From IMG/VR virus record IMGVR_UViG_3300037488_000489, positions 53,712-117,711 of that record: 64,000 bases of DNA, one strand, 5' to 3'. Each line of letters starts with the position of its first letter. Within the stretch, counting starts at the first letter, position 1. Positions 34,163-44,015 of this stretch are shown piece after piece. The position numbers were made by a program, and so were the translations under genes. This DNA comes from a virus. Lineage: Duplodnaviria; Heunggongvirae; Uroviricota; Caudoviricetes. The notes below the pieces were generated by a model. That model searched no databases and was not told where the DNA came from. It saw only the letters and a program-made list of their open reading frames with translations.

Positions 34163-35443
34163 ATGGCTGAAAATCTAGATAATCCAGGTTTTGGGAACTT
34201 TAGTATCCAAGATACAATGGAAATGGGAATGGGCAACGCTGAATTGTTAAGCGATTTAATGGGCCCTGATAGTGCTACATCTAATCCTGATGACATTCAG
34301 GATATCAATAACACTCCCCCTCCTGCTCCTGAGAAAAAAACTACTTCTGCAAATTCTGGTAAAAAACCTGTTGCAGATAATTCTAGTGATGACACTTCTG
34401 ATAAAAAACCTGATGAAAAGAAATCTTTAACAGACTTCTTATCAGGTATAGATGATGAAGAAGATGGTGATGATTCAGAAGATACTGATAATCAACCAGT
34501 TGCAAAAACTAGTAAACAAGATAGTAAAGAAGATGAAGCTGATGAAGAGGGAGATGATGCTCCTGAATCAACATTTTCATCTTTATCTAAAGACCTTTTC
34601 AAATTGGGTGTATTCACCCAAGAAGATGATGAAGAAGAACAAATTTCAACTCCAGAACAATTCTTAGAGAAATTTAATGCTGAGAAAAAGAAAGGAGCTA
34701 TTGAAGTGGTTGATAACTTCTTAGGTCAATTTGGAGAAGATTATCGTAATGCATTTGATGCCATATTTGTAAAAGGAGTAGATCCTAAAGATTACTTTGG
34801 TGCATATAACCAAATTCAATCTTTTGCTGAAATGGATCTTGCACAAGAAGCAAATCAGGTTTCTATAATTAAACAAGCTTTAGCTGATCAAGGACTTGAT
34901 CCTGAAGATGTTACCTCTGAAGTTGAAAGACTAAAGAACTACGGAGATCTAGAAAGTGTTGCTACAAAGCACCACAAGGTCTTAGTAAAGAAAGAAGCTG
35001 CAAAGCTTCAACAAATGGAACAAGAGAAAGAAATACAATTACAACAACAAGCTCAATATAAACATCAATATGCTCAGAATGTAACAGCAGTGTTACAAGA
35101 CAAGCTAAAAGCAAAAGAGTTTGATGGTATTCCTCTTAATCCAAAATTAGCTGGTGAACTACAAGATTTCTTAGTAACAGATAAGTATAAGACAAGTTCT
35201 GGTGAAACATTAACAGACTTTGATCGTACTATTCTAGAACTTAAACGTCCTGAGAATCATGAAAGAAAAGTGAAAGTTGCTCTTTTACTTAAGATCTTAG
35301 AAAAAGATCCTACACTTTCTACGATTCAAAAGAATGGTGTCACCAAAAAGTCAAATGAATTGTTTGGTGAGGTAGCCAGACAGGTTAGTAAAAGTGCTGT
35401 GAAATCTAAACAACCAGTTAAATCTACCTCATGGTTTCAATAA
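34163..35443 (+). CDS. acidic, low-complexity protein, putative scaffolding protein
   Basis: Asp/Glu/Ser-rich N-terminal half, predicted helical C-terminal half, immediately upstream of the capsid-candidate gene. Confidence 0.4.
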   Translation: MAENLDNPGFGNFSIQDTMEMGMGNAELLSDLMGPDSATSNPDDIQDINNTPPPAPEKKTTSANSGKKPVADNSSDDTSDKKPDEKKSLTDFLSGIDDEEDGDDSEDTDNQPVAKTSKQDSKEDEADEEGDDAPESTFSSLSKDLFKLGVFTQEDDEEEQISTPEQFLEKFNAEKKKGAIEVVDNFLGQFGEDYRNAFDAIFVKGVDPKDYFGAYNQIQSFAEMDLAQEANQVSIIKQALADQGLDPEDVTSEVERLKNYGDLESVATKHHKVLVKKEAAKLQQMEQEKEIQLQQQAQYKHQYAQNVTAVLQDKLKAKEFDGIPLNPKLAGELQDFLVTDKYKTSSGETLTDFDRTILELKRPENHERKVKVALLLKILEKDPTLSTIQKNGVTKKSNELFGEVARQVSKSAVKSKQPVKSTSWFQ

Positions 35444-35479
35444 ACAATTTCAATAAACATTAATTAAAAAAATAACAAA

Positions 35480-37033
35480 ATGGCAATTCAAACAATTCCA
35501 GGTTTAACTGGTTTTACTTACGCAAGAGTAGCTTCTATGGACAAGCGTGCTGTAGGTAAATTGACAGATGCGAACCACTTGGAAAGCTTTCACTCTACAG
35601 AGCCAGCAGATTATGATAAAAAAATCATAAGTTTGTATACTCAGAGCTCTCTTTACAGTAACGATTTCTTGGACATGATTAACAAGAGCACTCCTTACTA
35701 TATTGATAATAACAGTGATGCTTGGAAGTGGCAAGTACAAGTTCCTTACAAGTTCCCTAAAATCATTGACGTTCCAACAAGTACTTTAGAGCTGAGCAAG
35801 CCAGGTATTGATGGTCAAGAATTTCAATTAGTAATTGATACTAATGAGTTCTCTAAGAACGCAATTGTATCTGTAGGTACTCGTCAGTACGGTCCTCGTT
35901 TCTATGTAATCAAAGATCCAGTAAACTGGAACATGGGTTACTTATACACTTTTACTTTAGTTACAGACAATCCAACTGTAGATTTCGTTAGTCCTAACTT
36001 CTTAAGAGTTGGTATTGAATTGGAATTAGTTGATGCTGCAATTGGTGAATTTGACCAAGACTTATTAGGTCTTCCTCGTTTAGGTGAGCAAATCACAATG
36101 TTTGAATCTTTAGGTTCTGCATATGGTTATGAGCACAAGATCACTGAGTGGGCTGATGATAAGATGATGGTTGATGCTTCTGGTAAAGCTTTAGATATCT
36201 TGGTTTATGCTCCACAAAGACGTAACCAATTACCTTTAACTCGTAATGATGTTAAGTGGGAACCATTTATTGAGTTCTGGATGCGTAAGTCTATGTTAGA
36301 ATTAAAAGTTAAGCGTATGATCTGGGCTAAGCCTGGTACCGTGAAGACTAATGGTTCTAAGCAAGAATTAAAGCGTACATCTGCTGGTGTTTACCACAGA
36401 ATGCGTAATAACGGTAACTTAGTTCAATACAACCGTGGTGAGTTCACTGCAAACTTGATTCGTTCAGTGTTTGGTGATTTATTCTACAGACGTGTTGATG
36501 TTAAGGATCGTAGAGTTAAAATGTACACTAACGAAGCTGGTTTTGACGTGTTCCAACAAGCTTTAAAGAATGATGCATTAAACTCTGGTTTAACTTTCAT
36601 GGCTGATTCTGGTAATCGCTACATGCAAGGAGAAGGTCAACACATTACTTACAACTTTGCATTTGATGCAATGGTTACACGTGAGACTGGTCGTGTTGAG
36701 TTAATTCACTTGAAAGAGTTAGATCTTCCTCAAACAAACTTAGAATTTGGACAAAACAAGAAGTCAACTCCAGTATTTATGGTGTTTGATGTATCTCCAA
36801 TGTCTGATGGTTCTATGATCAACAACATTCGTGAAGTACGTATGAAGGGTGCTCCTTCTATGACTTGGGGTTATATTGATGGTACTCGTCACCACTTAGG
36901 TTTTGCTAAGTCTCAAGGTATGAGTTCTGCAAATAAATTCCCAGGATACGAAATCTGGATGAAAGATCGTTGTGATGTATTCATTGAAGATTTATCTAGA
37001 ACAGTATTGATTGAAGAAATTCCTCAATTCTAA
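35480..37033 (+). CDS. putative major capsid protein (517 aa)
   Basis: Position after the scaffold-like gene in a terL-portal-scaffold-capsid order. No fold-level evidence available by eye. Confidence 0.35.
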   Translation: MAIQTIPGLTGFTYARVASMDKRAVGKLTDANHLESFHSTEPADYDKKIISLYTQSSLYSNDFLDMINKSTPYYIDNNSDAWKWQVQVPYKFPKIIDVPTSTLELSKPGIDGQEFQLVIDTNEFSKNAIVSVGTRQYGPRFYVIKDPVNWNMGYLYTFTLVTDNPTVDFVSPNFLRVGIELELVDAAIGEFDQDLLGLPRLGEQITMFESLGSAYGYEHKITEWADDKMMVDASGKALDILVYAPQRRNQLPLTRNDVKWEPFIEFWMRKSMLELKVKRMIWAKPGTVKTNGSKQELKRTSAGVYHRMRNNGNLVQYNRGEFTANLIRSVFGDLFYRRVDVKDRRVKMYTNEAGFDVFQQALKNDALNSGLTFMADSGNRYMQGEGQHITYNFAFDAMVTRETGRVELIHLKELDLPQTNLEFGQNKKSTPVFMVFDVSPMSDGSMINNIREVRMKGAPSMTWGYIDGTRHHLGFAKSQGMSSANKFPGYEIWMKDRCDVFIEDLSRTVLIEEIPQF

Positions 37034-37202
37034 TAAAAGAGTTAAGGGTTAAAATCCTTAAAACTACACAGAGAAGATGTTCCCCCCTCCCTCAACGAGG
37101 GGGAATCTTCTCACACAGATGGATGGGTTTGGGCTCAATGCCCCACCGCATTCCCTTCAATGGGAACCATCTGCAAATAAACCAAATAAAAAACAACTAC
37201 AT

Positions 37203-38171
37203 ATGGGTAAGATAGGAAAAATCTCTACTTTAAAAAAAGAGTATAACAATTCTCAGTTACAAACAATGCAGGCTGGTCTTGCACAAAAAGGTTTAACAAG
37301 AATTCCTGGTACAGGTGTTTTCAAGTATCCTTACAAAGAACTTGATGGTCAGTACAGAACAGGTCTTGATCCAAATGCTGCTTACATTAGACGCATTAGT
37401 GATAATCTTGAAAGAGAGTTAGAAATTGAAAGAGTTACAGCATTACGTGCAAAACTTGAAGCTGCTTTAGGTGATATTGACTTAGGTCCTCGTTCTAAAT
37501 TTTGGAACTATGGATTGTCTACATCTACAGATGATGTACTACATGTACAAGCTGTTAAGTTAATGGATGGTGATAACTTCTTTGATTTTAGTAATCCATC
37601 TCAAGAGTTAGCTTTTGCGTGGTTAAGAGTTCATCCAACAATTGCTTCTAGCTATCAAGCATGGGAGCGTGGTGAATATTCAGCAGATATACAATTTTAT
37701 GTTGCAGATGATGAGATTGAAAACCAAGTGATTTTCAAGAAGAAACAATTGATCAACAAGGCTATTGTTAAGTTTGATGCAATGACTCCTGAAAAGAAAC
37801 GTAAAGTAGCAAGATTATTAGGTTTACCAGTTAGTGAAGATTCTAAAGAAGAGTCTGTATATAACCAAGTAGACAACCTATTAAAACAAACTGAATTCAA
37901 AAATGGTAAACACGCTGGTTTAAATCCTGTAGAAGTGTTTAACAGATTTGCAGACATGAGTGAAAACTTACTCCATATTAAAGATTTAGTAAAACAAGCA
38001 GTTGCACATTCTATTTATAGAATTAAAGCAAATGACAAAGTATATGAAGGTGAACATGCTATTGCAAAAGATGAAGATGATTTAATCAGATTCTTAGCAG
38101 ATGAAGATAATCAAGATGCATTAATCACTTTGGAACAAAAATTGAAACTTAAAAAACTAGCCTCTGTATGA
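37203..38171 (+). CDS. hypothetical structural protein (start revised from ORF-track 37077)
   Basis: ATG at 37203 is preceded by 'CAACTACATATG', identical to the context of the 34163 start. The 37077..37202 stretch is GC-rich, Pro/Gly-codon-biased and unlike the rest. Confidence 0.45.
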   Translation: MGKIGKISTLKKEYNNSQLQTMQAGLAQKGLTRIPGTGVFKYPYKELDGQYRTGLDPNAAYIRRISDNLERELEIERVTALRAKLEAALGDIDLGPRSKFWNYGLSTSTDDVLHVQAVKLMDGDNFFDFSNPSQELAFAWLRVHPTIASSYQAWERGEYSADIQFYVADDEIENQVIFKKKQLINKAIVKFDAMTPEKKRKVARLLGLPVSEDSKEESVYNQVDNLLKQTEFKNGKHAGLNPVEVFNRFADMSENLLHIKDLVKQAVAHSIYRIKANDKVYEGEHAIAKDEDDLIRFLADEDNQDALITLEQKLKLKKLASV

Positions 38172-38899
38172 TCCCTGTAGATAGTTTATTATATAAGATA
38201 GACCAGAAACTAAATAAACTATCAACTAACGAGCATCAACAAATTAATCTAGAAGACAAAATTTTAGCTTTAAATGAAGCTCAGATAAAGCTTATAAAGC
38301 AAAAGGTTGATGGATTTAGTACAGTTTCAGGTATGGGCTTTGACTCTTTTAAAAAGCGTTACGAAGACCTACAAAGATTGGTAGTGAACTATATTGATGG
38401 TGAACTATCTCTAACTTTAAAAAACACAGAGTTGAATCAATGGTCTGCTGATTTAGATTTGTTAGTTCCTAAATATATGTTCTATGTAGATTCATATGTT
38501 TTAGCTAGCAAAGGAAGATGTACTGATAGAAAGATTTGGATTAATAAGGATTTGGCAAAGCATGGTGACTTATCTGTGCTTTTAAACAATACTCATTATA
38601 GACCTTCTTTTGAATATCAAGAGACATTCAACTTTATATCTTCTGATGAGATTTCTATATTTACAGATGGTACATTTACACCAAGTAAAATGTACATCTC
38701 TTATATGAGATACCCAGTGTATATTGATTCAGTAGGATATACTAACTTTGATGGACAACCATCAATTAATCAAAATTGCGAACTTGAATTATACTTAGAA
38801 GATGAATTAGTAGATTTAACAGTTCAAAGTTTAGCAATGTACACAGAAAACCTGTCTGCAGTTCAAACAGCTCAGATGAGAATTCAAACAAACGAGTAA
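38168..38899 (+). CDS. hypothetical structural protein (243 aa)
   Basis: ORF with 4-nt overlap to the upstream gene. Confidence 0.5.
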   Translation: MIPVDSLLYKIDQKLNKLSTNEHQQINLEDKILALNEAQIKLIKQKVDGFSTVSGMGFDSFKKRYEDLQRLVVNYIDGELSLTLKNTELNQWSADLDLLVPKYMFYVDSYVLASKGRCTDRKIWINKDLAKHGDLSVLLNNTHYRPSFEYQETFNFISSDEISIFTDGTFTPSKMYISYMRYPVYIDSVGYTNFDGQPSINQNCELELYLEDELVDLTVQSLAMYTENLSAVQTAQMRIQTNE

Positions 38900-38925
38900 T
38901 TTTTCATAATTTAAAATAAAACAAA

Positions 38926-40065
38926 ATGGCGGATTTTTCATTAACCTCCCTCTTTGTTGTACCAGTAGGAAATACATTACCTAGCTCTGGATCAACACAA
39001 GACTTAACAGCTGGTCAAGTTGGTATTTTTACTAACACCTATGCTGTAGCAACTGCAGGTAACATTGCGGCTGCCCCTTATTTTTACGTAGCTCAAGGTA
39101 GAGTAAACACTTACCTACAAGGTTCTAAGCGTTCTGACAAGATTTCTGCAAACAATGTATCTGAGTGGTACAAAGTTACAGGTAATCCAGTTGCTGCTAA
39201 CCAAGTAACAGAAGTTGGTGATTTCACTGTAAAACCAGGTGAAGTTGTAACTTTAACATTGCGTGCTTTCTCTAGCTACATTAACACATTGTATTTCAAC
39301 GGTTTCACTCGCAGTGTAACTGTAAATGCTCCATGTTTAGCATGTGGTGCAGATCCTTGTACAGATGTTGATGTACCTGCTTTAATTGATGATTTAATTT
39401 ATCACTTAGAGTTAAAAGCTCCAGGTAACAACCCTGACAACATTTCTTTCAGCACTTTCTATCAATTCCAAAGAATTGGTAATGATCAAGATGCTAAGTT
39501 AGTTATTAGTGGTAAACCTTTAACTCAGTATGGACAACCATGTGATGTTGCTGCATTCCCTTGGGAATACGATCGTATGTACTTCCGTACATTCATCTTC
39601 TCTGGTCCAGCTACAACTGCTGACTTTATTGTTGCTGATCCTTGTAACCAAGTAGCTCAAGCTGTAATTACTCAACGTAGTTCTTATGTTTCTGGTACTT
39701 CTGCAGAGGTTCAACAATTAGAAAAGAATTTCTATAGCTACCAAGCTGGTTATTTGAAGCACTTATACCGTATGGTTGGGTACAACGAAAACTTTGAAAG
39801 CTGGGTATCTGATGGTACTGTTTATGATACTCTTTACATCAAGTTTAACGAGTATGATAAATCAGCTTACAAATGGGGTGATTATATCATTGAAGATTCT
39901 CAAGTAATTCTTGCAATTCCTCAAGCTTTAACTGCTGGCTTCTTAGCTGTCTTAAATCCAGCATTAGGTGCTCCAGTTGATGAAAGCGGTGATATCACTT
40001 CTACAACTAGTACTACAACTACTATTTGGCCTAGTACTTCAACAACAACTACTTTGATTCCTTAA
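38926..40065 (+). CDS. abundant virion protein candidate (major structural protein) with C-terminal poly-Thr tail
   Basis: Followed by the strongest intrinsic terminator in the window. Ends 'TSTTSTTTTIWPSTSTTTTLIP'. Confidence 0.45.
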   Translation: MADFSLTSLFVVPVGNTLPSSGSTQDLTAGQVGIFTNTYAVATAGNIAAAPYFYVAQGRVNTYLQGSKRSDKISANNVSEWYKVTGNPVAANQVTEVGDFTVKPGEVVTLTLRAFSSYINTLYFNGFTRSVTVNAPCLACGADPCTDVDVPALIDDLIYHLELKAPGNNPDNISFSTFYQFQRIGNDQDAKLVISGKPLTQYGQPCDVAAFPWEYDRMYFRTFIFSGPATTADFIVADPCNQVAQAVITQRSSYVSGTSAEVQQLEKNFYSYQAGYLKHLYRMVGYNENFESWVSDGTVYDTLYIKFNEYDKSAYKWGDYIIEDSQVILAIPQALTAGFLAVLNPALGAPVDESGDITSTTSTTTTIWPSTSTTTTLIP

Positions 40066-40092
40066 GAATAAAAGTAGAATCATATTAACCTA

Positions 40093-40140
40093 TGCCAGAG
40101 GGTGAGAGGATAATCTCAAGTCCTCTGGCATTTTTATTTT
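40093..40140 (+). terminator. rho-independent terminator
   Basis: 9-bp perfect stem TGCCAGAGG ... CCTCTGGCA followed by TTTTTATTTT. Confidence 0.7.
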
Positions 40141-40146
40141 AAAGAC

Positions 40147-40707
40147 ATGACTCTAGATTTTTTAGTAATAAATACTTTCAATACAAAAACACTAGGTGTT
40201 GCTGATATATCAGTTTATGATACACAGCCCCCTAATGTTGTTGCTCCAACTATGGAGATTACTATTCCTGGATATACTGTTCCTGTGTCTATTCCTTTTA
40301 TACCTCAAGATTTTAATGTTTATAATTCTATTATATTAGGACTTAATAATCTTGCAGGAGGTATGCAACCTCTTCCAGATGGTGTATACTTTATGAAATA
40401 TTCTGTTGCTCCTGCGTATTTAAATTTTGTAGAAAAGAACATAATGCGTACTGAAAGAATTCAAGAAAAATTTGACAATGCTTTCATGAAGCTTGATATG
40501 ATGGAATGTGATAGTGCAATTAGGACACAAGCAAAAGTGAATCTAAATAGTATATATTATATGATTCAAGGCTCTATTGCTGCTGCTAATAACTGTGCTA
40601 TAGATACAGCTAACAAATTATATGTACAGGCAGATAGACAATTAGATAATTTTATTAGGAACAACTGTGGTTGTTCTGGAAACAACTATATAAATAACTT
40701 CTATTGA
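40147..40707 (+). CDS. hypothetical structural protein (186 aa)
   Basis: ORF after the terminator. Confidence 0.5.
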   Translation: MTLDFLVINTFNTKTLGVADISVYDTQPPNVVAPTMEITIPGYTVPVSIPFIPQDFNVYNSIILGLNNLAGGMQPLPDGVYFMKYSVAPAYLNFVEKNIMRTERIQEKFDNAFMKLDMMECDSAIRTQAKVNLNSIYYMIQGSIAAANNCAIDTANKLYVQADRQLDNFIRNNCGCSGNNYINNFY

Positions 40708-40820
40708 TATGGCAAACTGTAGAGATTGTGGCCTTAAAGTAGGCTGCGGATGTCAATTAATTAATGGCTTGTGTTCAGCATGTAATAACAAGTTGAAACA
40801 AATTAATCAAAGAATAAGAA

Positions 40821-41087
40821 ATGTTATCACCAAGATTAACGGACTGTATTGAGTGTGCTAGCATACCTGCACTATTAACTGATATTGATCTTAGACTAAC
40901 TGCGTTAGCTAATGATCAGTATAATAATATTGTATACTCCTTGAATTATTTTATTCCAGGACAGGTAATTGGTGACTTACTGCACTATAAACAAATATTA
41001 ACTTACAAACTTTGTAATCCAGAATACTGTGCACCTTTTACAGTGGACATGATTGCAAGCAGAGTAATAGTGTTAATTAATAAATAA
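40821..41087 (+). CDS. hypothetical protein (88 aa)
   Basis: ORF; overlaps out of frame an alternative 47-aa Cys-rich ORF at 40708..40851. Confidence 0.3.
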   Translation: MLSPRLTDCIECASIPALLTDIDLRLTALANDQYNNIVYSLNYFIPGQVIGDLLHYKQILTYKLCNPEYCAPFTVDMIASRVIVLINK

Positions 41088-41095
41088 ATTATAAA

Positions 41096-42199
41096 ATGTC
41101 TTGTACAAGTTGTTTTAATGGATGTGTTGAGACTGTATCTGATCAATGTGTTAGATATACAGGTCCAACTATTCCTGCTCTAAATATTACTACAGGAGAT
41201 ACATTGCTTCATGTAGAAGAAATGATTACAACTAAACTTGTTCCATTATTAACTGGTACAGGTGATGTTATAACTATTGCTTCTGGTGATAAGTGTGCTC
41301 TTATAAATGGATTCTTAATAGGAATCACTTCTCCTAATTCTACTCAGTTATTCACAGCATTAGTTAAATCTGTTTGTAGTTTACAAGCTCAGGTGACTGC
41401 CGTTGCTGCTGATATTGCTGTATTAAATGCAGATTATACAATAGGTTGTCTTACAGGTGTAACAGCCTCTTCTGACACACATGCTATCTTACAAGCTGTT
41501 ATTACAAGACTTTGTGTTGTAGTAGCAGATTTAGCAGCATTAAGTTTAGATGTAAGTACAAACTATGTAAAACTATCTGAATTAGATTCATTAATAGCTG
41601 CATATATAGCTGGTCAATCAGGTAATGTAACTCAGAACTATTTAAAGATGGTTCCTTTTACAGTGGTTGAATACTATGGTCCTCTTACAAACTTTGATGG
41701 TACAGGTGCTGGTGTAGGAACATTAGGATGGGACAAAATCTATTTATGTAATGGCTCTAACGGCACTCCTGATAAAAGAGGTAGAGTTGGTGTAGGAGCT
41801 ATTCTTAATGTTCCTGGCGGACCATTAAATGCTGCTGTAGATCCTGTTTATACTGGTAATCCAAATTATGATCTTGAAGATATTGCTGGTGCAAACACAG
41901 TGGCTATAAATGTTAATCAACTTCCTAGTCATACACATGGTGCAACAGCAAGTGCTACATCTATTGTAACAGACCCTGGTCATAGTCACTTTGTAGGTAA
42001 CACTCCTGAAGGTTGGGATAGTGCAGGTAACATTGGTATTGTAAATAGAACACCAAAAAATGTTCAAACTACAACTTCTACAACAGGTATCACTGTAGCA
42101 ACAACCGTAAACGTAAGTAATACAAATACTGGAGCAAATCAAGGTCATCCAAACATTCAACCTGTACTTGCTGCTTACTACATCATGTATATTCCTTAA
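41096..42199 (+). CDS. tail fiber protein with phage tail-collar domain
   Basis: C-terminal 'NQLPSHTHGATASATS...GHSHF...HPNIQPVLAAYYIMYIP' resembles the tail-collar (PF07484-like) His-rich signature. Cys-rich 'MSC' N-terminus shared with the next fiber. Confidence 0.55.
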   Translation: MSCTSCFNGCVETVSDQCVRYTGPTIPALNITTGDTLLHVEEMITTKLVPLLTGTGDVITIASGDKCALINGFLIGITSPNSTQLFTALVKSVCSLQAQVTAVAADIAVLNADYTIGCLTGVTASSDTHAILQAVITRLCVVVADLAALSLDVSTNYVKLSELDSLIAAYIAGQSGNVTQNYLKMVPFTVVEYYGPLTNFDGTGAGVGTLGWDKIYLCNGSNGTPDKRGRVGVGAILNVPGGPLNAAVDPVYTGNPNYDLEDIAGANTVAINVNQLPSHTHGATASATSIVTDPGHSHFVGNTPEGWDSAGNIGIVNRTPKNVQTTTSTTGITVATTVNVSNTNTGANQGHPNIQPVLAAYYIMYIP

Positions 42200-42218
42200 T
42201 ATTCTAAATCAACTATAA

Positions 42219-44015
42219 ATGTCTTGTTTACCTGGTACACCTTGCTATGACGCTTATTATCATCCTAGTGAAAACTGTGGATGTGCTGAGTGCATTAGTA
42301 ATTCAAATAATGTAATATATGTTGGTCCTAATTTACCAAACTCAGGAGTTCAAAACGGAGACTGCCTAACTCTTACTATAGAAAAATTAGATGATTCTAT
42401 TGGTACAGGTGGTGGAGGAACAGGTACTTCAGGTACGTCTGGTTCTTCTGGCACTCGTGGCACTAGTGGTACATCAGGAACTTCAGGTATCAACGGTACA
42501 CCAGGAGCTGCTGGTACGTCTGGTACGTCTGGTGTTAATGGTACATCTGGTGGTAACGGTACCTCAGGTACTTCTGGTGTAAGTGGTACAAACGGTGCTT
42601 CAGGAACCAGTGGAACATCTGGTGGAAGAGGTGCTGATGGAACAAGTGGTATTAATGGAACAAGTGGTGCAAATGGCACAAGTGGTCTTACAGGAAGTTC
42701 AGGAACTGATGGTTCTTCAGGAACCTCTGGTATAGATGGAACTTCTGGAACAAGTGCCATAGATGGAACTTCTGGCTCAGCTGGAACTTCTGGAATAGAT
42801 GGCACCTCTGGTAGTTCAGGAACTACTGGAACTTCAGGAACCACTGGAACTTCAGGTACATCAGGCTTTGAAGGAGGTCTTGCACAATGGAGATATAATC
42901 CTAGTACAAACACAAACGTTAATCCTGGTGTTACATACTTCACTTTAAATGATGCAAGTTGGTTAGCGTCTGCTTCTCAAATTGCAATCAGTGATTTATC
43001 ATATAATCCTAGTGCTGACTTCTCAGCATATCTAGATGCATTAAACCCTTTCTCAGCACTTAAGCTAGTTAGTACAGTTGATTCTTCTAGATTTAAAATA
43101 TTAGAAATTGTATCTACTTCTCCTTTTGAAGTGGGTTTTGAAAGATTTATAGTTACTCAAACTGCAGCTCAGGGTACGAATCCTGTAAGTGGTGAAACAT
43201 TTATGATAGTTCCTGTAGGTGCTGCTGGTAGTTCAGGCACATCTGGAACAGCTGGTTCTAGCGGTACTACTGGTACATCAGGCACATCTGGAACCACTGG
43301 TACTTCTGGTACAAGTGGAACGTCAGGGACTTCTGGTTCTTCAGGATCTAGTGGTTCTTCAGGATCTAGTGGTACAACAGGCACATCAGGTACAACAGGC
43401 ACATCAGGTACTACTGGTACTAGTGGAACAACTGGTACATCTGGAACCACAGGAACTTCAGGAACCACTGGTACTAGTGGCTCATCTGGTTCTTCAGGAG
43501 CTAGTACAGGCGGAACTAGTGGAACTAGTGGAACTAGTGGCAATAGTGGTAGTTCTGGTACAACAGGTACCTCTGGTAATAGCGGATCTTCAGGAACATC
43601 TGGAACTAGTGGAGCTAATGGAGCAGGATTTAATTCTATTTCTCCTACAACAGCTGGTTATGTACTTACAGCTAATGGAACATCAAATAGTGCAACAGCA
43701 AATTCAGGAGTTACTATTAGTGGTTCTCAATTAAATGCTGGTTCATTTTATGAAACTTCAGATATAAGATTTAAAAATGTATTAGAAACTAATCCATCTA
43801 TAGATTTACCATTAGATGTAATTAAGTTTACAAGAACAGATGAAGAATCTAATCAAGTTAGATATGGTTACTCAGCACAGCAAGTACAATCAGTGCTTCC
43901 AGATTTAGTATCTGGTGATGAGAAACTAGTGGTTAATTATTCAGATGTACATACATTAAAAATAGCAGCCTTAGAAAAACGCATAGCAGAATTAGAAGCT
44001 AAATTAAACCAATAA
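42219..44015 (+). CDS. collagen-like tail fiber with C-terminal intramolecular-chaperone (peptidase S74-like) domain
   Basis: Two blocks of Gly-X-Y triplets (GTSGTSGSSGTRGTS..., about 50 and 45 triplets). C-terminus 'SDIRFKNV...VRYGYSAQQVQSVLPDLV' matches the SD(I/V)R(L/F)K autoprocessing motif. Confidence 0.75.
   Translation: MSCLPGTPCYDAYYHPSENCGCAECISNSNNVIYVGPNLPNSGVQNGDCLTLTIEKLDDSIGTGGGGTGTSGTSGSSGTRGTSGTSGTSGINGTPGAAGTSGTSGVNGTSGGNGTSGTSGVSGTNGASGTSGTSGGRGADGTSGINGTSGANGTSGLTGSSGTDGSSGTSGIDGTSGTSAIDGTSGSAGTSGIDGTSGSSGTTGTSGTTGTSGTSGFEGGLAQWRYNPSTNTNVNPGVTYFTLNDASWLASASQIAISDLSYNPSADFSAYLDALNPFSALKLVSTVDSSRFKILEIVSTSPFEVGFERFIVTQTAAQGTNPVSGETFMIVPVGAAGSSGTSGTAGSSGTTGTSGTSGTTGTSGTSGTSGTSGSSGSSGSSGSSGTTGTSGTTGTSGTTGTSGTTGTSGTTGTSGTTGTSGSSGSSGASTGGTSGTSGTSGNSGSSGTTGTSGNSGSSGTSGTSGANGAGFNSISPTTAGYVLTANGTSNSATANSGVTISGSQLNAGSFYETSDIRFKNVLETNPSIDLPLDVIKFTRTDEESNQVRYGYSAQQVQSVLPDLVSGDEKLVVNYSDVHTLKIAALEKRIAELEAKLNQ

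Noticed and set aside
37077-37202. ORF-track start of the 364-aa gene at 37077
   Set aside because: GC-rich, Pro/Gly-codon-biased stretch unlike neighbouring coding sequence. The better start at 37203 shares its upstream context with another gene, so the interval is treated as a structured leader. The call remains uncertain.
42350-43734. Long ORFs on the opposite strand and alternative frames (42350..42943 -, 42391..42582 +, 43169..43543 -, 43219..43734 +) with PEVP/LVQ-rich translations
   Set aside because: They lie entirely within the Gly-X-Y repeat DNA of the collagen-like tail fiber gene. Triplet-repeat DNA is stop-free in several frames, so these are low-complexity shadow ORFs.
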